From a virus, in the IMG/VR virus record IMGVR_UViG_3300009164_000056, positions 1 to 64,000 of that record: a stretch of 64,000 nt of DNA; one strand, 5' to 3'. The notes beneath the pieces are model-generated. The model was not told the origin of the DNA and searched no databases. It was given only the letters and a program-made list of their open reading frames with translations. Made by a program: the position numbers and the translations under genes. Position 1 is the first letter of the stretch. Every line of letters starts with the position of its first letter. Below, piece after piece: positions 7,248 to 17,817 of this stretch.

Positions 7248-8171
7248 ATGAAGATGCTAAAGAGGGGGGATTCTGGACCAGATGTTCAGACCCTCCAATC
7301 TAAACTGTTATTAAAACAAGATGCACAGTTTGGACCCGCAACAGAAAAAGCTGTAATTAGATTCCAACTATCTAATGATCTACCAGTTACAGGAATAGTA
7401 GACGCAGATATGTGGACATTGTTATTTAACAAAGTACCTACATTACAAGAAGCTATTGATGAAGACTCAGATATATTTGGTCAGTACTTTAAAACTAACT
7501 ATGATCAGATAATTCACAAACATTATCTATCCCCTAAAGAATACATTAAAGGGCCCATTAAAAATGAATACATATTCTTACACCATACAGCTGGAGGAAA
7601 CAATCCGTATGCTTGTGTTGATATGTGGAATAAAGATGATAGGGGTGCAATTGGAACTGAATTTGTTTTAGGTGGTAAAAATCATAGTACTGGTGATGCT
7701 AAATATGATGGTCAAATGGTTCAAGCTTTTCCAACTGGAAATCAAGGCTGGCATTTAGGTTTAACTAAATCAGGTTGGATGAATAGACATTCTGTAGGTT
7801 TAGAAATTTGTTCAATGGGACAATTAACTAAAGATTATAAAACCTATGTAGGAACTAAGACTCACCCAGATGAAGTAACAACATTGAAAGAAGCATTCAA
7901 AGGATTTTTATACTGGCATACATATTCAGATAAACAAATTAAAGAAACTGAAAAGTGGATTAAGTATGTTGCTGAAAGAGATAGTATTGATATAAGATTG
8001 GGATTGAAACAATTAATACAAAAGTATGGTGCAACTAAAGCATTTGAATACAATGAAGATGCAGCTACTGGAAAAATTAAAGGATTACTAACCCATACCA
8101 ATGTAAGAAAGGATAAGTTTGATTGCTATCCACATCCAGACTTAGTTGATATGATAATGAGTTTAAAATAA
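7248..8171 (+). CDS. endolysin: peptidoglycan-binding domain plus N-acetylmuramoyl-L-alanine amidase (Amidase_2-type)
   Basis: N-terminal LKRGDSGPDVQTLQ...FGPATEKAVIRFQ..L.VTGIVD..W; Zn-amidase motifs IFLHHTAG, WHLG, SVGLEI and THTNV...KFDCYP. Confidence 0.9.
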   Translation: MKMLKRGDSGPDVQTLQSKLLLKQDAQFGPATEKAVIRFQLSNDLPVTGIVDADMWTLLFNKVPTLQEAIDEDSDIFGQYFKTNYDQIIHKHYLSPKEYIKGPIKNEYIFLHHTAGGNNPYACVDMWNKDDRGAIGTEFVLGGKNHSTGDAKYDGQMVQAFPTGNQGWHLGLTKSGWMNRHSVGLEICSMGQLTKDYKTYVGTKTHPDEVTTLKEAFKGFLYWHTYSDKQIKETEKWIKYVAERDSIDIRLGLKQLIQKYGATKAFEYNEDAATGKIKGLLTHTNVRKDKFDCYPHPDLVDMIMSLK

Positions 8172-8542
8172 TGGCTATAGTAAACAAAGTAGATTTAAAA
8201 TTACAAGTAGATATTAATGAAACCATTAAGTATCAGATACTTACGTATTGTTTTTTTGAAAATATTTTAATTAGTAACTCAGATCTTAAATGTTTAATGG
8301 AGTTATCCAAACAACCAAAGGTTGAATTAACTAAGTTTTGTATATTTTTAACTGAACAACAAATATTTAAAAGTCCACAATCAGCTAGAAATGCTTTAGC
8401 AAAAGCAGAAAAGAAAAAGTTAATAGTAAAGAATGGTGTAAATAAAAAGACTATTTCAATTAACAAAACTATTAATGTTCAAATAGATGGTTTGGTATTG
8501 TTAGACTATAAGATATTAGGCCGTGAACCCAAAGAAGCATAA
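8171..8542 (+). CDS. hypothetical, possibly winged-helix DNA-binding protein
   Basis: SPQSARNALAKAEKKKLIVK resembles a wHTH recognition helix and wing. Confidence 0.55.
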   Translation: MAIVNKVDLKLQVDINETIKYQILTYCFFENILISNSDLKCLMELSKQPKVELTKFCIFLTEQQIFKSPQSARNALAKAEKKKLIVKNGVNKKTISINKTINVQIDGLVLLDYKILGREPKEA

Positions 8543-8873
8543 AGATTTTAAAGCAGGTATAGCTGAAGAAATTGGTGTGCATCCCCAAGTGGTGGATGAT
8601 TTTATAACATTTTACTATGGTAAGTTAAGAAAGAAATTATCAGCACTAGAATATCCAAGAATAAATGTAGATGGATTGGGAACATTTTATTTGAGAAAGA
8701 CTAAGTTAGAAAACTCAATTAAAAAGAATAAAAGTACACTGGGTAATTTAACTAAAAGAACATACAATGGTTATGCTCAGAGTGAAACTATACAGAATAA
8801 CATTGAACAAATGTCTAAGGCATTGGCACAAATGGAAGCTGATATATTAAGAAAAAAAGAATTTAAAACTTAA
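8523..8873 (+). CDS. HU/IHF-like DNA-binding protein
   Basis: IAEEIGV...VDDFI...RINVDGLGTFYLR matches the HU/IHF pattern; GTG start. Confidence 0.7.
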   Translation: MNPKKHKDFKAGIAEEIGVHPQVVDDFITFYYGKLRKKLSALEYPRINVDGLGTFYLRKTKLENSIKKNKSTLGNLTKRTYNGYAQSETIQNNIEQMSKALAQMEADILRKKEFKT

Positions 8874-8886
8874 TAACTTTTACAAT

Positions 8887-9207
8887 ATGGAAGGAAAATG
8901 GAAAAAATATTTAAGTGCATTTAAAAATGCTGATCAAATAATAGAAGGCATTAAAAATAACATGTTTAAAAAAGAGCATATTGAAGCTGTTGCTACAGAT
9001 AGATTTCAGATATGTATTAAGTGTTCTTTATTTGATGCTTCAGGAGATCATTGTTTAGCTCCCGGTACACAACCTTGTTGTTCAGATTGTGGATGCAGTC
9101 TTGCATTTAAAGTACGGTCATTATCAACATCTTGCCCTAAAGGGTTTTGGGATTCATTAATGACTGAAGAATTAGAAGAGAAAGTAAATCAACAAATTAA
9201 AAATTAA
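8887..9207 (+). CDS. Cys-rich putative metal-binding protein
   Basis: RFQICIKC...C...CCSDCGC...K.RS....CPKGFW. Confidence 0.7.
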   Translation: MEGKWKKYLSAFKNADQIIEGIKNNMFKKEHIEAVATDRFQICIKCSLFDASGDHCLAPGTQPCCSDCGCSLAFKVRSLSTSCPKGFWDSLMTEELEEKVNQQIKN

Positions 9208-9211
9208 CATT

Positions 9212-9475
9212 ATGACAGTAACACAAATAGTAAATGATCTATTAGAAAATAATATGATTACTACGGAAGCAGCATCAGTTCTTTTACAAGCTGAAATTAA
9301 AGCTAATCTATTTGATAAAAAAAGTACCAATCAAGTATTTCAACCTTACCATGGAGTACCAAATGGAAGCACAACAAATCCATACTATGTTTCTACAACT
9401 ACTAATGATCCTATATTAGGTACAACTAATAGAGAAATAAGTACTGGTGCAAATGAACTTTTAAAAGCAAAGTAA
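9212..9475 (+). CDS. hypothetical protein
   Basis: 87-aa ORF, TAATG-coupled to the next gene. Confidence 0.65.
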   Translation: MTVTQIVNDLLENNMITTEAASVLLQAEIKANLFDKKSTNQVFQPYHGVPNGSTTNPYYVSTTTNDPILGTTNREISTGANELLKAK

Positions 9476-10287
9476 TGGCTATTATATTTAAAGAAGATGG
9501 CCATACTTATGAAAGTATAGAGGAAGATAACATTGAATGGATAAGTGTTACTTCACTTGTTGGTAAGTTCAAACCTAAGTTTGATAAAGAAGGACAGGCA
9601 AAAAAATCTGCAAAGAATAAAAATTCTAAGTGGTATGGTATGACTGTAGAACAAATATTACAAGCTTGGGATAATGAAACTGAAAGAGCTGTTACTCTTG
9701 GTAACTTCTACCATAATCAAAGAGAATCAGACATGCTTGATTTTAAAACTATTGAGCGTAATGGAACTGAAGTACCTATTATCAAACCACTTGTGAATGA
9801 TGAAGGGATAAAATTAGCACCTGAACAAAAGCTATCTGATGGTGTTTATCCTGAGCATTTAGTTTATTTAAAATCTGTAGGGATTTGTGGTCAAGCAGAC
9901 GTAGTAGAAATTGTAGATGGTTATATTAACATCAATGATTACAAGACTAATAAAGAAATTAAAGAAAAAGGATATACTAATTGGGAAGGTATTACAAGTA
10001 AAATGTTTAAACCTGTTAATCATTTAGATGATTGCAATTTAAACCATTATTCTTTACAGCTCAGTATTTATGCGTATATTATTAAAAAGCATAATCCTTC
10101 TTTAAAGATTGGTAAACTTACAATTCAACATGTTAAGTTCAAACAGATTGGTGAAGACGCAAATGGATATCCAATAAATGAACACTATAATGGAGAACCC
10201 ATTTTAGATGAAATCAAAATGTATGAAGTTCCTTATTTAAAAGATGAAGTTAATTCATTAATCATGTGGTTAAAAGATAATAAATAA
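9475..10287 (+). CDS. PD-(D/E)xK exonuclease (Cas4/lambda-exonuclease-like)
   Basis: HTY...ISVTS, GNFYH, E..V, GICGQAD, INDYKTN and YSLQLSIY motifs. Confidence 0.85.
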   Translation: MAIIFKEDGHTYESIEEDNIEWISVTSLVGKFKPKFDKEGQAKKSAKNKNSKWYGMTVEQILQAWDNETERAVTLGNFYHNQRESDMLDFKTIERNGTEVPIIKPLVNDEGIKLAPEQKLSDGVYPEHLVYLKSVGICGQADVVEIVDGYININDYKTNKEIKEKGYTNWEGITSKMFKPVNHLDDCNLNHYSLQLSIYAYIIKKHNPSLKIGKLTIQHVKFKQIGEDANGYPINEHYNGEPILDEIKMYEVPYLKDEVNSLIMWLKDNK

Positions 10288-10302
10288 AATTAAAAATAAA
10301 TT

Positions 10303-10572
10303 ATGGCAAGTATAACAATTACACAAGTTTATTTAGAACAAGCAACTGCACCTAATGGTCCTCCAATAAATCAATATTGGAATACAGATAGTGCTGGGCA
10401 AATGAGTATAGATCCCACTAAAATTACTGCAGTATCTTATGTATGGGATATTGTAGGAAAAGTTTTTATACCTGGAATTATACAAATTTATTTAAATGGT
10501 ATTTTACAACCAATTTATAGTACAAACTCTTATGCATCAATAGTGGCATATATGAATCCAGTAACACCTTAA
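10303..10572 (+). CDS. hypothetical protein
   Basis: 89-aa beta-rich ORF with an A-rich leader. Confidence 0.65.
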   Translation: MASITITQVYLEQATAPNGPPINQYWNTDSAGQMSIDPTKITAVSYVWDIVGKVFIPGIIQIYLNGILQPIYSTNSYASIVAYMNPVTP

Positions 10573-10574
10573 TT

Positions 10575-11093
10575 ATGCTAGTAAGACTATTTGATATTCA
10601 GAACAGTAAAGTAATTCCATCAGAACATTGCTATGCTCTACCTTTTTTAAATGCTATTATGGAAAATTATCCTGATACTTATTTAAAAATTTATCAGTAC
10701 ATATTTTACATGAGCTGTCCTAACCCTGATATGAATCCATTTTTCAATCTACCAGAACATGAAAAAGAAGATATTATTATTGAAGAAGTTCAATTAGAAG
10801 ATTCTCCTGAAGATCCTAAAATAAGATATGCACTAGATATGTGTTATAAGTTATATGAAACACCTACCTTTAGAGCGTACAAAGGAATCAAATCAATGTT
10901 AGATAGATTGGCTAAGTACATGGAAGTAACTGCTATTGAACATGGTAGAGATGGTAACATAAACTCTATGGTAAATGCAGCATCTAAATTTGAACAAATT
11001 AGACAATCATATAAAGGAGCCTTTGTTGATATGAAACAAGAACAAGAAAGTTCTGTACGTGGTGGTGCAGGATTAGCATATGACCAAATATAA
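10575..11093 (+). CDS. hypothetical protein, candidate terminase small subunit
   Basis: 172-aa helical protein just upstream of groES-terL; the function is inferred from position only. Confidence 0.45.
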   Translation: MLVRLFDIQNSKVIPSEHCYALPFLNAIMENYPDTYLKIYQYIFYMSCPNPDMNPFFNLPEHEKEDIIIEEVQLEDSPEDPKIRYALDMCYKLYETPTFRAYKGIKSMLDRLAKYMEVTAIEHGRDGNINSMVNAASKFEQIRQSYKGAFVDMKQEQESSVRGGAGLAYDQI

Positions 11094-11114
11094 TAAACCA
11101 TTAAAATCAAAAAG

Positions 11115-11393
11115 ATGATACAACAAGTAATACCAGTAGGAAAGAAATTATTAATTAAACAAAAGAAAGCTGAAGCATTTTTTAAAAATACTACAATCAT
11201 TATACCTGAAGCTGCTCAAAAAGTAGAAAATAAAGGTACTGTTGTAGCTGTAGGTGAGGGTGTTACAGAAATTAAAATAGGTGATGTGGTTCAATATAGT
11301 GAACATTGTCTGCCAACATCTATGATGCATGATGATGAAGAACACTTACTGATCCATGAAGGTGATGTATTTGCAAAATTCAAGTATGTATAG
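11115..11393 (+). CDS. groES: co-chaperonin GroES (Cpn10)
   Basis: PVGKKLLIK, IIIPE, GTVVAVGEG, IKIGDVVQY and LLIHEGDVFA match the Cpn10 pattern. Confidence 0.9.
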   Translation: MIQQVIPVGKKLLIKQKKAEAFFKNTTIIIPEAAQKVENKGTVVAVGEGVTEIKIGDVVQYSEHCLPTSMMHDDEEHLLIHEGDVFAKFKYV

Positions 11394-13572
11394 ATCCATA
11401 CCTACATATGAAAATGATTCTTGGACAACTACAGAATTTGAAACTAGGGAGGATTTTATTGAATATGTTTTAAGTATATTCAATGTTCCTGGTCATTATG
11501 AGTTTAATAAACTTTCTTTTAAGTTTAATGAGCAGGCTCAAATATTTAATAAACAAGGATTCTATTGTGATAAACCATTTAGATCTAAAGACTTTACTGA
11601 CTATTGGGAAGATCAAAAGATTAAATGTAGAGAAGGAGTTATCTATAATGATGGAGATAAAAGCTGGTATTTAACTAGAGATTATTACATGTGGTTAAAC
11701 TTTCTTCCAATCTTTGATAAAGAAGAAAAGAAATATGGTTTTGCTAAAGTACGTGATGCTCAGTATCATATGGCTTTATATGAACAACTTGCAGAACTAC
11801 ATTACAAGCATTCAGCTATATTAAAGAAACGTCAGATAGCATCTTCATATTTTCACATGGGTAAAATTATTAATACCTATTGGTTTGAGGAAGGAAGTAT
11901 CTGTAAAATTGGTGCATCACTTAAAGATTTTATAAATGATAAAGGATCATGGAAGTTTTTAGATGAATACAAAACATTCTTGAATGAGCATACTGCTTGG
12001 TATAGACCAAGTAATCCTGAAAAGGTTTTACTATGGCAACAACAAATTGAAGTTAAAATTGGAAATAGAAAAACAGCAAGAGGTTTAAAGTCTAAAATAC
12101 AAGGAGGTTCATTTGAAAAGAATGCAACAACTGGAGTAGGGGGACCTTGTTCAATTTTCTTTCATGAAGAAGCTGGTATTGCTCCAAAGATGTCTGAGAC
12201 ATATGAGTACTTACGTCCTGCAATGTCTTCTGGTATGATTACTACAGGTATGTTTATTGCTGCTGGATCAGTGGGAGATTTAGAACAATGTAATCCTTTG
12301 AAAGAAATGATTACTAATCCGGTGGCTAATGATATTTATGCTGTTGAAACAGATCTTATTGATGCAGATGGTACAATAGGTATGGCAGGTTTGTTTATTC
12401 CAGAACAATGGTCAATGCCACCATACATTGATGACTATGGAAACTCTTTAGTAAAAGAAGCTGAAGTAGCAATTAATGAAGAAAGAGAAAGATGGAAGAA
12501 TGAATTAAACGGTGAGCAGTTTCAATTAAGGATATCTCAGAAACCTTTAAACATTGCTGAAGCATTTGCTTATAGAAAAGCATCTGTATTTCCACAAGGT
12601 ATTCTTAGTAGACAACAAAAAAGAATTGAAGAAAAAGAATACCCTTATGAACTAATTGAATTAGATAGAGATGAGAAAGGTATTTTTGCCAAAAGAACAA
12701 ACAAACTTCCAATAAGTAGATTCCCTGTAGACAAGAAACAAGTGGATAAGACGGGGAGTATTGTTGTTTGGGAACGTCCAGTCAAGAGTCCTGAGTTTGG
12801 GGCTTATTACGCCTCTATTGACCCTGTATCAGAAGGTAAGACAACTACATCAGATTCCCTGTGTAGTATTTTTGTTTATAAGAATGCAACAGAGGTTACA
12901 AGGACTATGATATCTGGTGATGTAGAACAATTTTTAGAGAAAGATAAAATTGTAGCATCATGGTGTGGTAGATTTGATGACATAAATAAAACACATGAAA
13001 GATTAGAATTAATTATAGAATGGTATAATGCCTGGACTATAGTTGAGAATAACATATCTTTGTTTATACAACATATGATTTCTAGAAAGAAACAAAGATA
13101 CTTAGTACCTAAACAACAAATTTTATTCTTAAAAGATCTTGGTTCAAACAATACTGTTTATCAAGAGTATGGATGGAAGAATACAGGTACATTATTTAAA
13201 AGCCATTTGATTTCATATGCAATTGAATTTTTAAGAGAAGTCATAGATGAAGAAACTGATGTTGGTGGAATTGTTACAAATCAAACATTAGGTGTTGAAA
13301 GAATACCTGATGGAATGCTAATAAAAGAAATGCTTGCATATTATCCGGGACTTAACGTGGATAGACTTGTAGCATTTGGAGCTTTAGTAGCCTTTGTAAA
13401 AATACAACAATCAAATAGGGGTTTTTCAAAAAGACGTGAATCAGAAGAGAAATCTTTGGATAATTCAAAAAATTTGTATAAATTAAAGTATAGTCCGTTC
13501 AAGAATATTGGACGTGCTGGAAATAATGCTGGAAATACAATAAAAAGATCAGGCTTCAAAAATTATAAATAA
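11386..13572 (+). CDS. terL: terminase large subunit
   Basis: Walker A-like LKKRQIASS, Walker B IFFHEEAG, nuclease ASIDPV, VENN and C-terminal NVDRL. Start moved to the ATG overlapping the groES stop region (MYRSIP). Confidence 0.92.
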   Translation: MYRSIPTYENDSWTTTEFETREDFIEYVLSIFNVPGHYEFNKLSFKFNEQAQIFNKQGFYCDKPFRSKDFTDYWEDQKIKCREGVIYNDGDKSWYLTRDYYMWLNFLPIFDKEEKKYGFAKVRDAQYHMALYEQLAELHYKHSAILKKRQIASSYFHMGKIINTYWFEEGSICKIGASLKDFINDKGSWKFLDEYKTFLNEHTAWYRPSNPEKVLLWQQQIEVKIGNRKTARGLKSKIQGGSFEKNATTGVGGPCSIFFHEEAGIAPKMSETYEYLRPAMSSGMITTGMFIAAGSVGDLEQCNPLKEMITNPVANDIYAVETDLIDADGTIGMAGLFIPEQWSMPPYIDDYGNSLVKEAEVAINEERERWKNELNGEQFQLRISQKPLNIAEAFAYRKASVFPQGILSRQQKRIEEKEYPYELIELDRDEKGIFAKRTNKLPISRFPVDKKQVDKTGSIVVWERPVKSPEFGAYYASIDPVSEGKTTTSDSLCSIFVYKNATEVTRTMISGDVEQFLEKDKIVASWCGRFDDINKTHERLELIIEWYNAWTIVENNISLFIQHMISRKKQRYLVPKQQILFLKDLGSNNTVYQEYGWKNTGTLFKSHLISYAIEFLREVIDEETDVGGIVTNQTLGVERIPDGMLIKEMLAYYPGLNVDRLVAFGALVAFVKIQQSNRGFSKRRESEEKSLDNSKNLYKLKYSPFKNIGRAGNNAGNTIKRSGFKNYK

Positions 13573-13593
13573 ATTAACTAAATTAAATTTAGA

Positions 13594-16341
13594 ATGAAAG
13601 TACTTAATGCAATGCAGTTAAAGGCCGGTGCAAAAAAAACAGAAGGACCTACCTTTTCTAGTTTGACGCAACCTATTCAGTTTTTACCTTACAGTGAAAA
13701 GACAGATGATTGGGCAGCGTGGAACTTAGATTGGTTAGAACTACAAGGTATTCAGTTTTTAAAACTAAATGCTAGAAGGCTTTTAAAAAATTATAAATTA
13801 GCTAAAGGAATTATAGATAAGACAGACTATATAGTTGAACCTGATAATGACTATAAAGATTTAATGGATGTTTTAACTAAAGAAAATGATTCAGCTTTAG
13901 AACTTAAATTTTATCCCATCATCCCAAATGTAATTAATGTATTAAGTGGAGAGTTTTCCAAAAGATACAATAAAGTACAATTCAGAGCAGTTGATGATAG
14001 ATCCTATAATGAAATGCTTGAGCAAAAAAGAATGCAAGTTGAAGAATCTTTACTTGCAGATGCTGAAAAAAAGTTAGTAGAAAAGATGATTCAAATGGGT
14101 ATGGACCCAGCATCTGATGAAGCTAAACAACAACTTGCTCCTGAAAATATTAAAACATTACCTGAAATTGAAGACTACTTTAGTAAGTCATATAGAAGTT
14201 CTGTAGAAGAATGGGCAACTCATCAATTAAATGTTGATGAAGAAAGATTCAAAATGCAGGAACTTGAGGAAAGAGGTTTTAGAGATTCACTTATTGCTGA
14301 TAGAGAGTTCTGGCATTTCCGTATGTTAGAAGATGATTATGATATTGAATTATGGAATCCTGTTTTGACATTCTATCAAAAGTCTCCAGATCAAAGATAT
14401 ATTTCTGACTCAGCCTATGTTGGTAAAATTGATTTGATGACAGTATCTGATGTTGTAGATAAATATGGATATTTGATGAGCCAAGAACAATTGGAATCAT
14501 TACAAAGAATTTATCCAGCAAGATCTGCTCAGTATCAAGTTAATGGATATCAAAATGATGGTTCTTATTATGATGCTACAAGATCACATGCTTGGAATAC
14601 TAATTCACCAGGTTTAGCATATAGACAATATACAAGTAATTACATGGCAGATCCTGCTAGAGGTGGTGATATACTGAATCAAATTTTAGGTGAAAGTGAA
14701 GATCTAAGTTATTTTGGTGATGGTAATTTAATGAGAGTGTCTACAATTTATTGGAAGACTCAAAGAAAAATTGGGCATCTTACTAAGATAGAATATGATG
14801 GTGAAGTAACTCAAGAGATAGTTGATGAAACATTTAAAGTAACAGAGAAAGCTGTTTATGATACATCAATATTTAAAAATAAAACAAAAGATACCTTACT
14901 ACAAGGAGAACATCTTGATTGGATCTGGATTAATGAAATCTGGGGTGGTGTAAAAGTAGGACCAAATGTACCTGCAATGTGGAAAAGTTCTACAAGTAGT
15001 GAAATAAATCCAATATACTTGGGTATTAATAGAACTAAACCAGGTAGATTACCATTCCAATTTAAAGGAAACAATTCTTTATATGGTTGTAAATTACCTG
15101 TAGAAGGTAGAGTATTCTCTGATAGAAATACAAGATCTACTTCTTTAGTAGATTTAATGAAAGCATATCAAGTTGGATACAACATGGTTAATAATCAAAT
15201 TGCTGATATCTTGATTGATGAATTAGGTACAGTAATTATGTTTGACCAGAATGCATTACCACGTCATTCTATGGGAGAAGATTGGGGTAAAAATAATTAT
15301 GCTAAAGCATATGTAGCAATGAAGGATTTCCAAATGCTTCCTCTTGATACTTCAATTACCAATACAGAAAATGCTGTAAACTTCCAACACTATCAGACTC
15401 TAAACATGGAGCAAACTAGTAGATTGATGAGCAGAATACAATTAGCCAATTATTTTAAACAACAATGTTTTGATGCTATTGGAATTAATCCTCAGAGATT
15501 AGGTGGTGCTGTATCAGCTGAAACAGCTACAGGAGTTGTTAATGCAATGCAACAGTCATATGCTCAAACAGAAATTTACTTTGTACAGCACTCTGATCAG
15601 CTTATGCCAAGAGTACATCAAATGAGAACAGACTTAGCTCAGTTCTACTATAGTACTAATCCAAGTGTAAGGTTAAGTTATATATCTACTGAAGCAGAAA
15701 AGGTAAACTTTACAATCAATGGTACAGATCTTTTACTAAGAGACTTCAATGTATTTGCTACAACTAAAACAAATCATAGAGCTATTCTTGAACAGTTAAA
15801 ACAAATGGCATTAACTAACAACACAACAGGTGCTAGTATATATGAACTTGGAAACATTGTTAAAGCAGACTCTATTGGTGAGGTAACAGATATCTTAAAA
15901 GATTCTGAAGCAAGAATAACAGCTCAGAGACAAGAGGAAATGCAACAACAACGTCAAATGCAAGAACAACAGTTACAAGCACAGGCGCAAGAAGCACAAA
16001 TGAAAGCTCAAATGCTACAACAAGAAGCTGATAAAGACAGACAGAATGATATTACTATTGCTGAAATTAGAGCTGCAGGATATGGAGCTGGTGTTGATGT
16101 AAATGAAAATAAAGTAAATGACTATCAAGATGCATTAAAAGATATTCAACAAACAACTCAATATAGAGAGCAAATGAATATGAAACGTGAGGAGATGGTA
16201 AGCAAGTCATCTACAGAAGCACAGAAACTTCAAGTTGAAAGAGAAAGAATTGCAGCACAAACACAGATATCAAATAATCAATTAAATATAGCCATACAGA
16301 ATAAAAACAAGTATGATGTTAAAAAACCAAAAGATAAATAA
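13594..16341 (+). CDS. portal protein
   Basis: 915 aa directly after terL; YPIIPNVINVLSGE, SLVDLMKAYQ..YN, IGINPQRLG and a Gln-rich coiled C-terminus as in crAss-like portals. Confidence 0.88.
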   Translation: MKVLNAMQLKAGAKKTEGPTFSSLTQPIQFLPYSEKTDDWAAWNLDWLELQGIQFLKLNARRLLKNYKLAKGIIDKTDYIVEPDNDYKDLMDVLTKENDSALELKFYPIIPNVINVLSGEFSKRYNKVQFRAVDDRSYNEMLEQKRMQVEESLLADAEKKLVEKMIQMGMDPASDEAKQQLAPENIKTLPEIEDYFSKSYRSSVEEWATHQLNVDEERFKMQELEERGFRDSLIADREFWHFRMLEDDYDIELWNPVLTFYQKSPDQRYISDSAYVGKIDLMTVSDVVDKYGYLMSQEQLESLQRIYPARSAQYQVNGYQNDGSYYDATRSHAWNTNSPGLAYRQYTSNYMADPARGGDILNQILGESEDLSYFGDGNLMRVSTIYWKTQRKIGHLTKIEYDGEVTQEIVDETFKVTEKAVYDTSIFKNKTKDTLLQGEHLDWIWINEIWGGVKVGPNVPAMWKSSTSSEINPIYLGINRTKPGRLPFQFKGNNSLYGCKLPVEGRVFSDRNTRSTSLVDLMKAYQVGYNMVNNQIADILIDELGTVIMFDQNALPRHSMGEDWGKNNYAKAYVAMKDFQMLPLDTSITNTENAVNFQHYQTLNMEQTSRLMSRIQLANYFKQQCFDAIGINPQRLGGAVSAETATGVVNAMQQSYAQTEIYFVQHSDQLMPRVHQMRTDLAQFYYSTNPSVRLSYISTEAEKVNFTINGTDLLLRDFNVFATTKTNHRAILEQLKQMALTNNTTGASIYELGNIVKADSIGEVTDILKDSEARITAQRQEEMQQQRQMQEQQLQAQAQEAQMKAQMLQQEADKDRQNDITIAEIRAAGYGAGVDVNENKVNDYQDALKDIQQTTQYREQMNMKREEMVSKSSTEAQKLQVERERIAAQTQISNNQLNIAIQNKNKYDVKKPKDK

Positions 16342-16470
16342 TTTACGTTAGCTATATACTGCAAAAAACTTTGCAATATTATCAAATATAATAAGTTTAG
16401 GATAGTGCAAACTAAAATAAGAATTGTTATATTATATATATAAAGTATTAATTATTAAACCAACAATAAG

Positions 16471-17772
16471 ATGAGTACCAAAAACAACACAATGAGTAGT
16501 AACGTAGAGACTTTAGATATTGACTTAGATACAATATTCAATGCAGCACCTAGCGGTGATGACATGACTTTGCCATCTGGAAAAGATTCTAAAGCTACAA
16601 ACAACATTTTTTCAGGACTAAATAAGAAAGCAGATTTTTCATTTGCTGATCCAGATGCAGATGATGCAGATGATTTAACTGATAAAGGTAAAACTCCAAC
16701 ATCAGGTGCAGATCTTCTTGCAGATGATGATGATGACATTACACCTAAAGCAACTAAAGAAGATGGCAAAAGCATCCTTGATAGTTTAGGTGATGAGGAA
16801 GATGATGAAGAAAAGAAAGAGACTAGAGGTAGAAAACCTATTTCTGGAATCTCAGATGTCTTCTCAAAAATGATTAAAGAAGATAAATTAGTACCATTTG
16901 ATGATGAAAAGTCTTTTGATGAATATACAGCAAAAGATTGGGAAGAATTGATTGAAGCTAATTTGGAAGAAAAAGCTAATCAAGTAAGACGTGAAACACC
17001 TAAACAGTTTTTTGCTAGCTTACCAGAAGAGTTACAAATTGCAGCAAGATATGTGGCAGATGGTGGTACCGACTTAAAAGGTTTGTTTTCCACTTTAGGT
17101 CAAGTAGAAGAAACTAAGGATTTAGATATTAAATCTGAAAGAGATCAAGAGACTATTATTAAAGAGTATTTAAATGCTACTGGTTATGGTACTTCTGATG
17201 AGATTGCTGAGGAAATTGAAATTTGGAAAGATTTAGGAAAGCTTGAACAACAAGCTGCTAAGTTTAAACCAAAGTTGGATAAGATGGCAGAACAAATTGT
17301 TATCAAAAAAGTGCAAGAGCAACAACTAAAACAAAAACAACAAGAGCAAGCATCAAAAGCTTATATGCAAAATGTATATGATACTTTGAAAGATGGTAAC
17401 CTTGGAGATATTAAAGTTGATAGAAAAACTCAAGCAATGTTATACAATGGTTTAGTTCAACCTAGTTATCCTTCAGTAAGTGGAAGAAATACTAATCTAT
17501 TAGGACACCTATTAGAAAAGTATCAATTTGTAGAACCAAATTATAAATTAATATCAGAAGCATTATGGTTATTGCAAGATCCGGAAGGATATAAAGCAAA
17601 GATCATGGATAAGGGAGCTCAACAAAGTATTGAGCAAACAGTAAGAAAACTAAAAACAGAACAGGGTAACCATAGTTCAAGTTCTCTTGGGATTCAAGAT
17701 AAAGATGAAGAAACAAGAAGACAACCAACTAAAAAATTACCTAGAACCAACAACATTTTCAAACGGATTTAA
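16471..17772 (+). CDS. acidic scaffolding-like protein
   Basis: Asp/Glu-rich N-half and coiled-coil C-half, located between portal and capsid genes. Confidence 0.6.
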   Translation: MSTKNNTMSSNVETLDIDLDTIFNAAPSGDDMTLPSGKDSKATNNIFSGLNKKADFSFADPDADDADDLTDKGKTPTSGADLLADDDDDITPKATKEDGKSILDSLGDEEDDEEKKETRGRKPISGISDVFSKMIKEDKLVPFDDEKSFDEYTAKDWEELIEANLEEKANQVRRETPKQFFASLPEELQIAARYVADGGTDLKGLFSTLGQVEETKDLDIKSERDQETIIKEYLNATGYGTSDEIAEEIEIWKDLGKLEQQAAKFKPKLDKMAEQIVIKKVQEQQLKQKQQEQASKAYMQNVYDTLKDGNLGDIKVDRKTQAMLYNGLVQPSYPSVSGRNTNLLGHLLEKYQFVEPNYKLISEALWLLQDPEGYKAKIMDKGAQQSIEQTVRKLKTEQGNHSSSSLGIQDKDEETRRQPTKKLPRTNNIFKRI

Positions 17773-17817
17773 CAATCAAATATATAAACAATTAATAACT
17801 AAAAACAAGTAAAAATT

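Noticed and set aside
6936-8542. Holin or spanin next to the endolysin
   Set aside because: Neighbouring ORFs lack transmembrane segments or lipoboxes.
9475-10287. Cas4-like nuclease as evidence of a CRISPR system
   Set aside because: No repeat-spacer array and no other cas genes in the window; stand-alone PD-(D/E)xK nucleases are common in phages.
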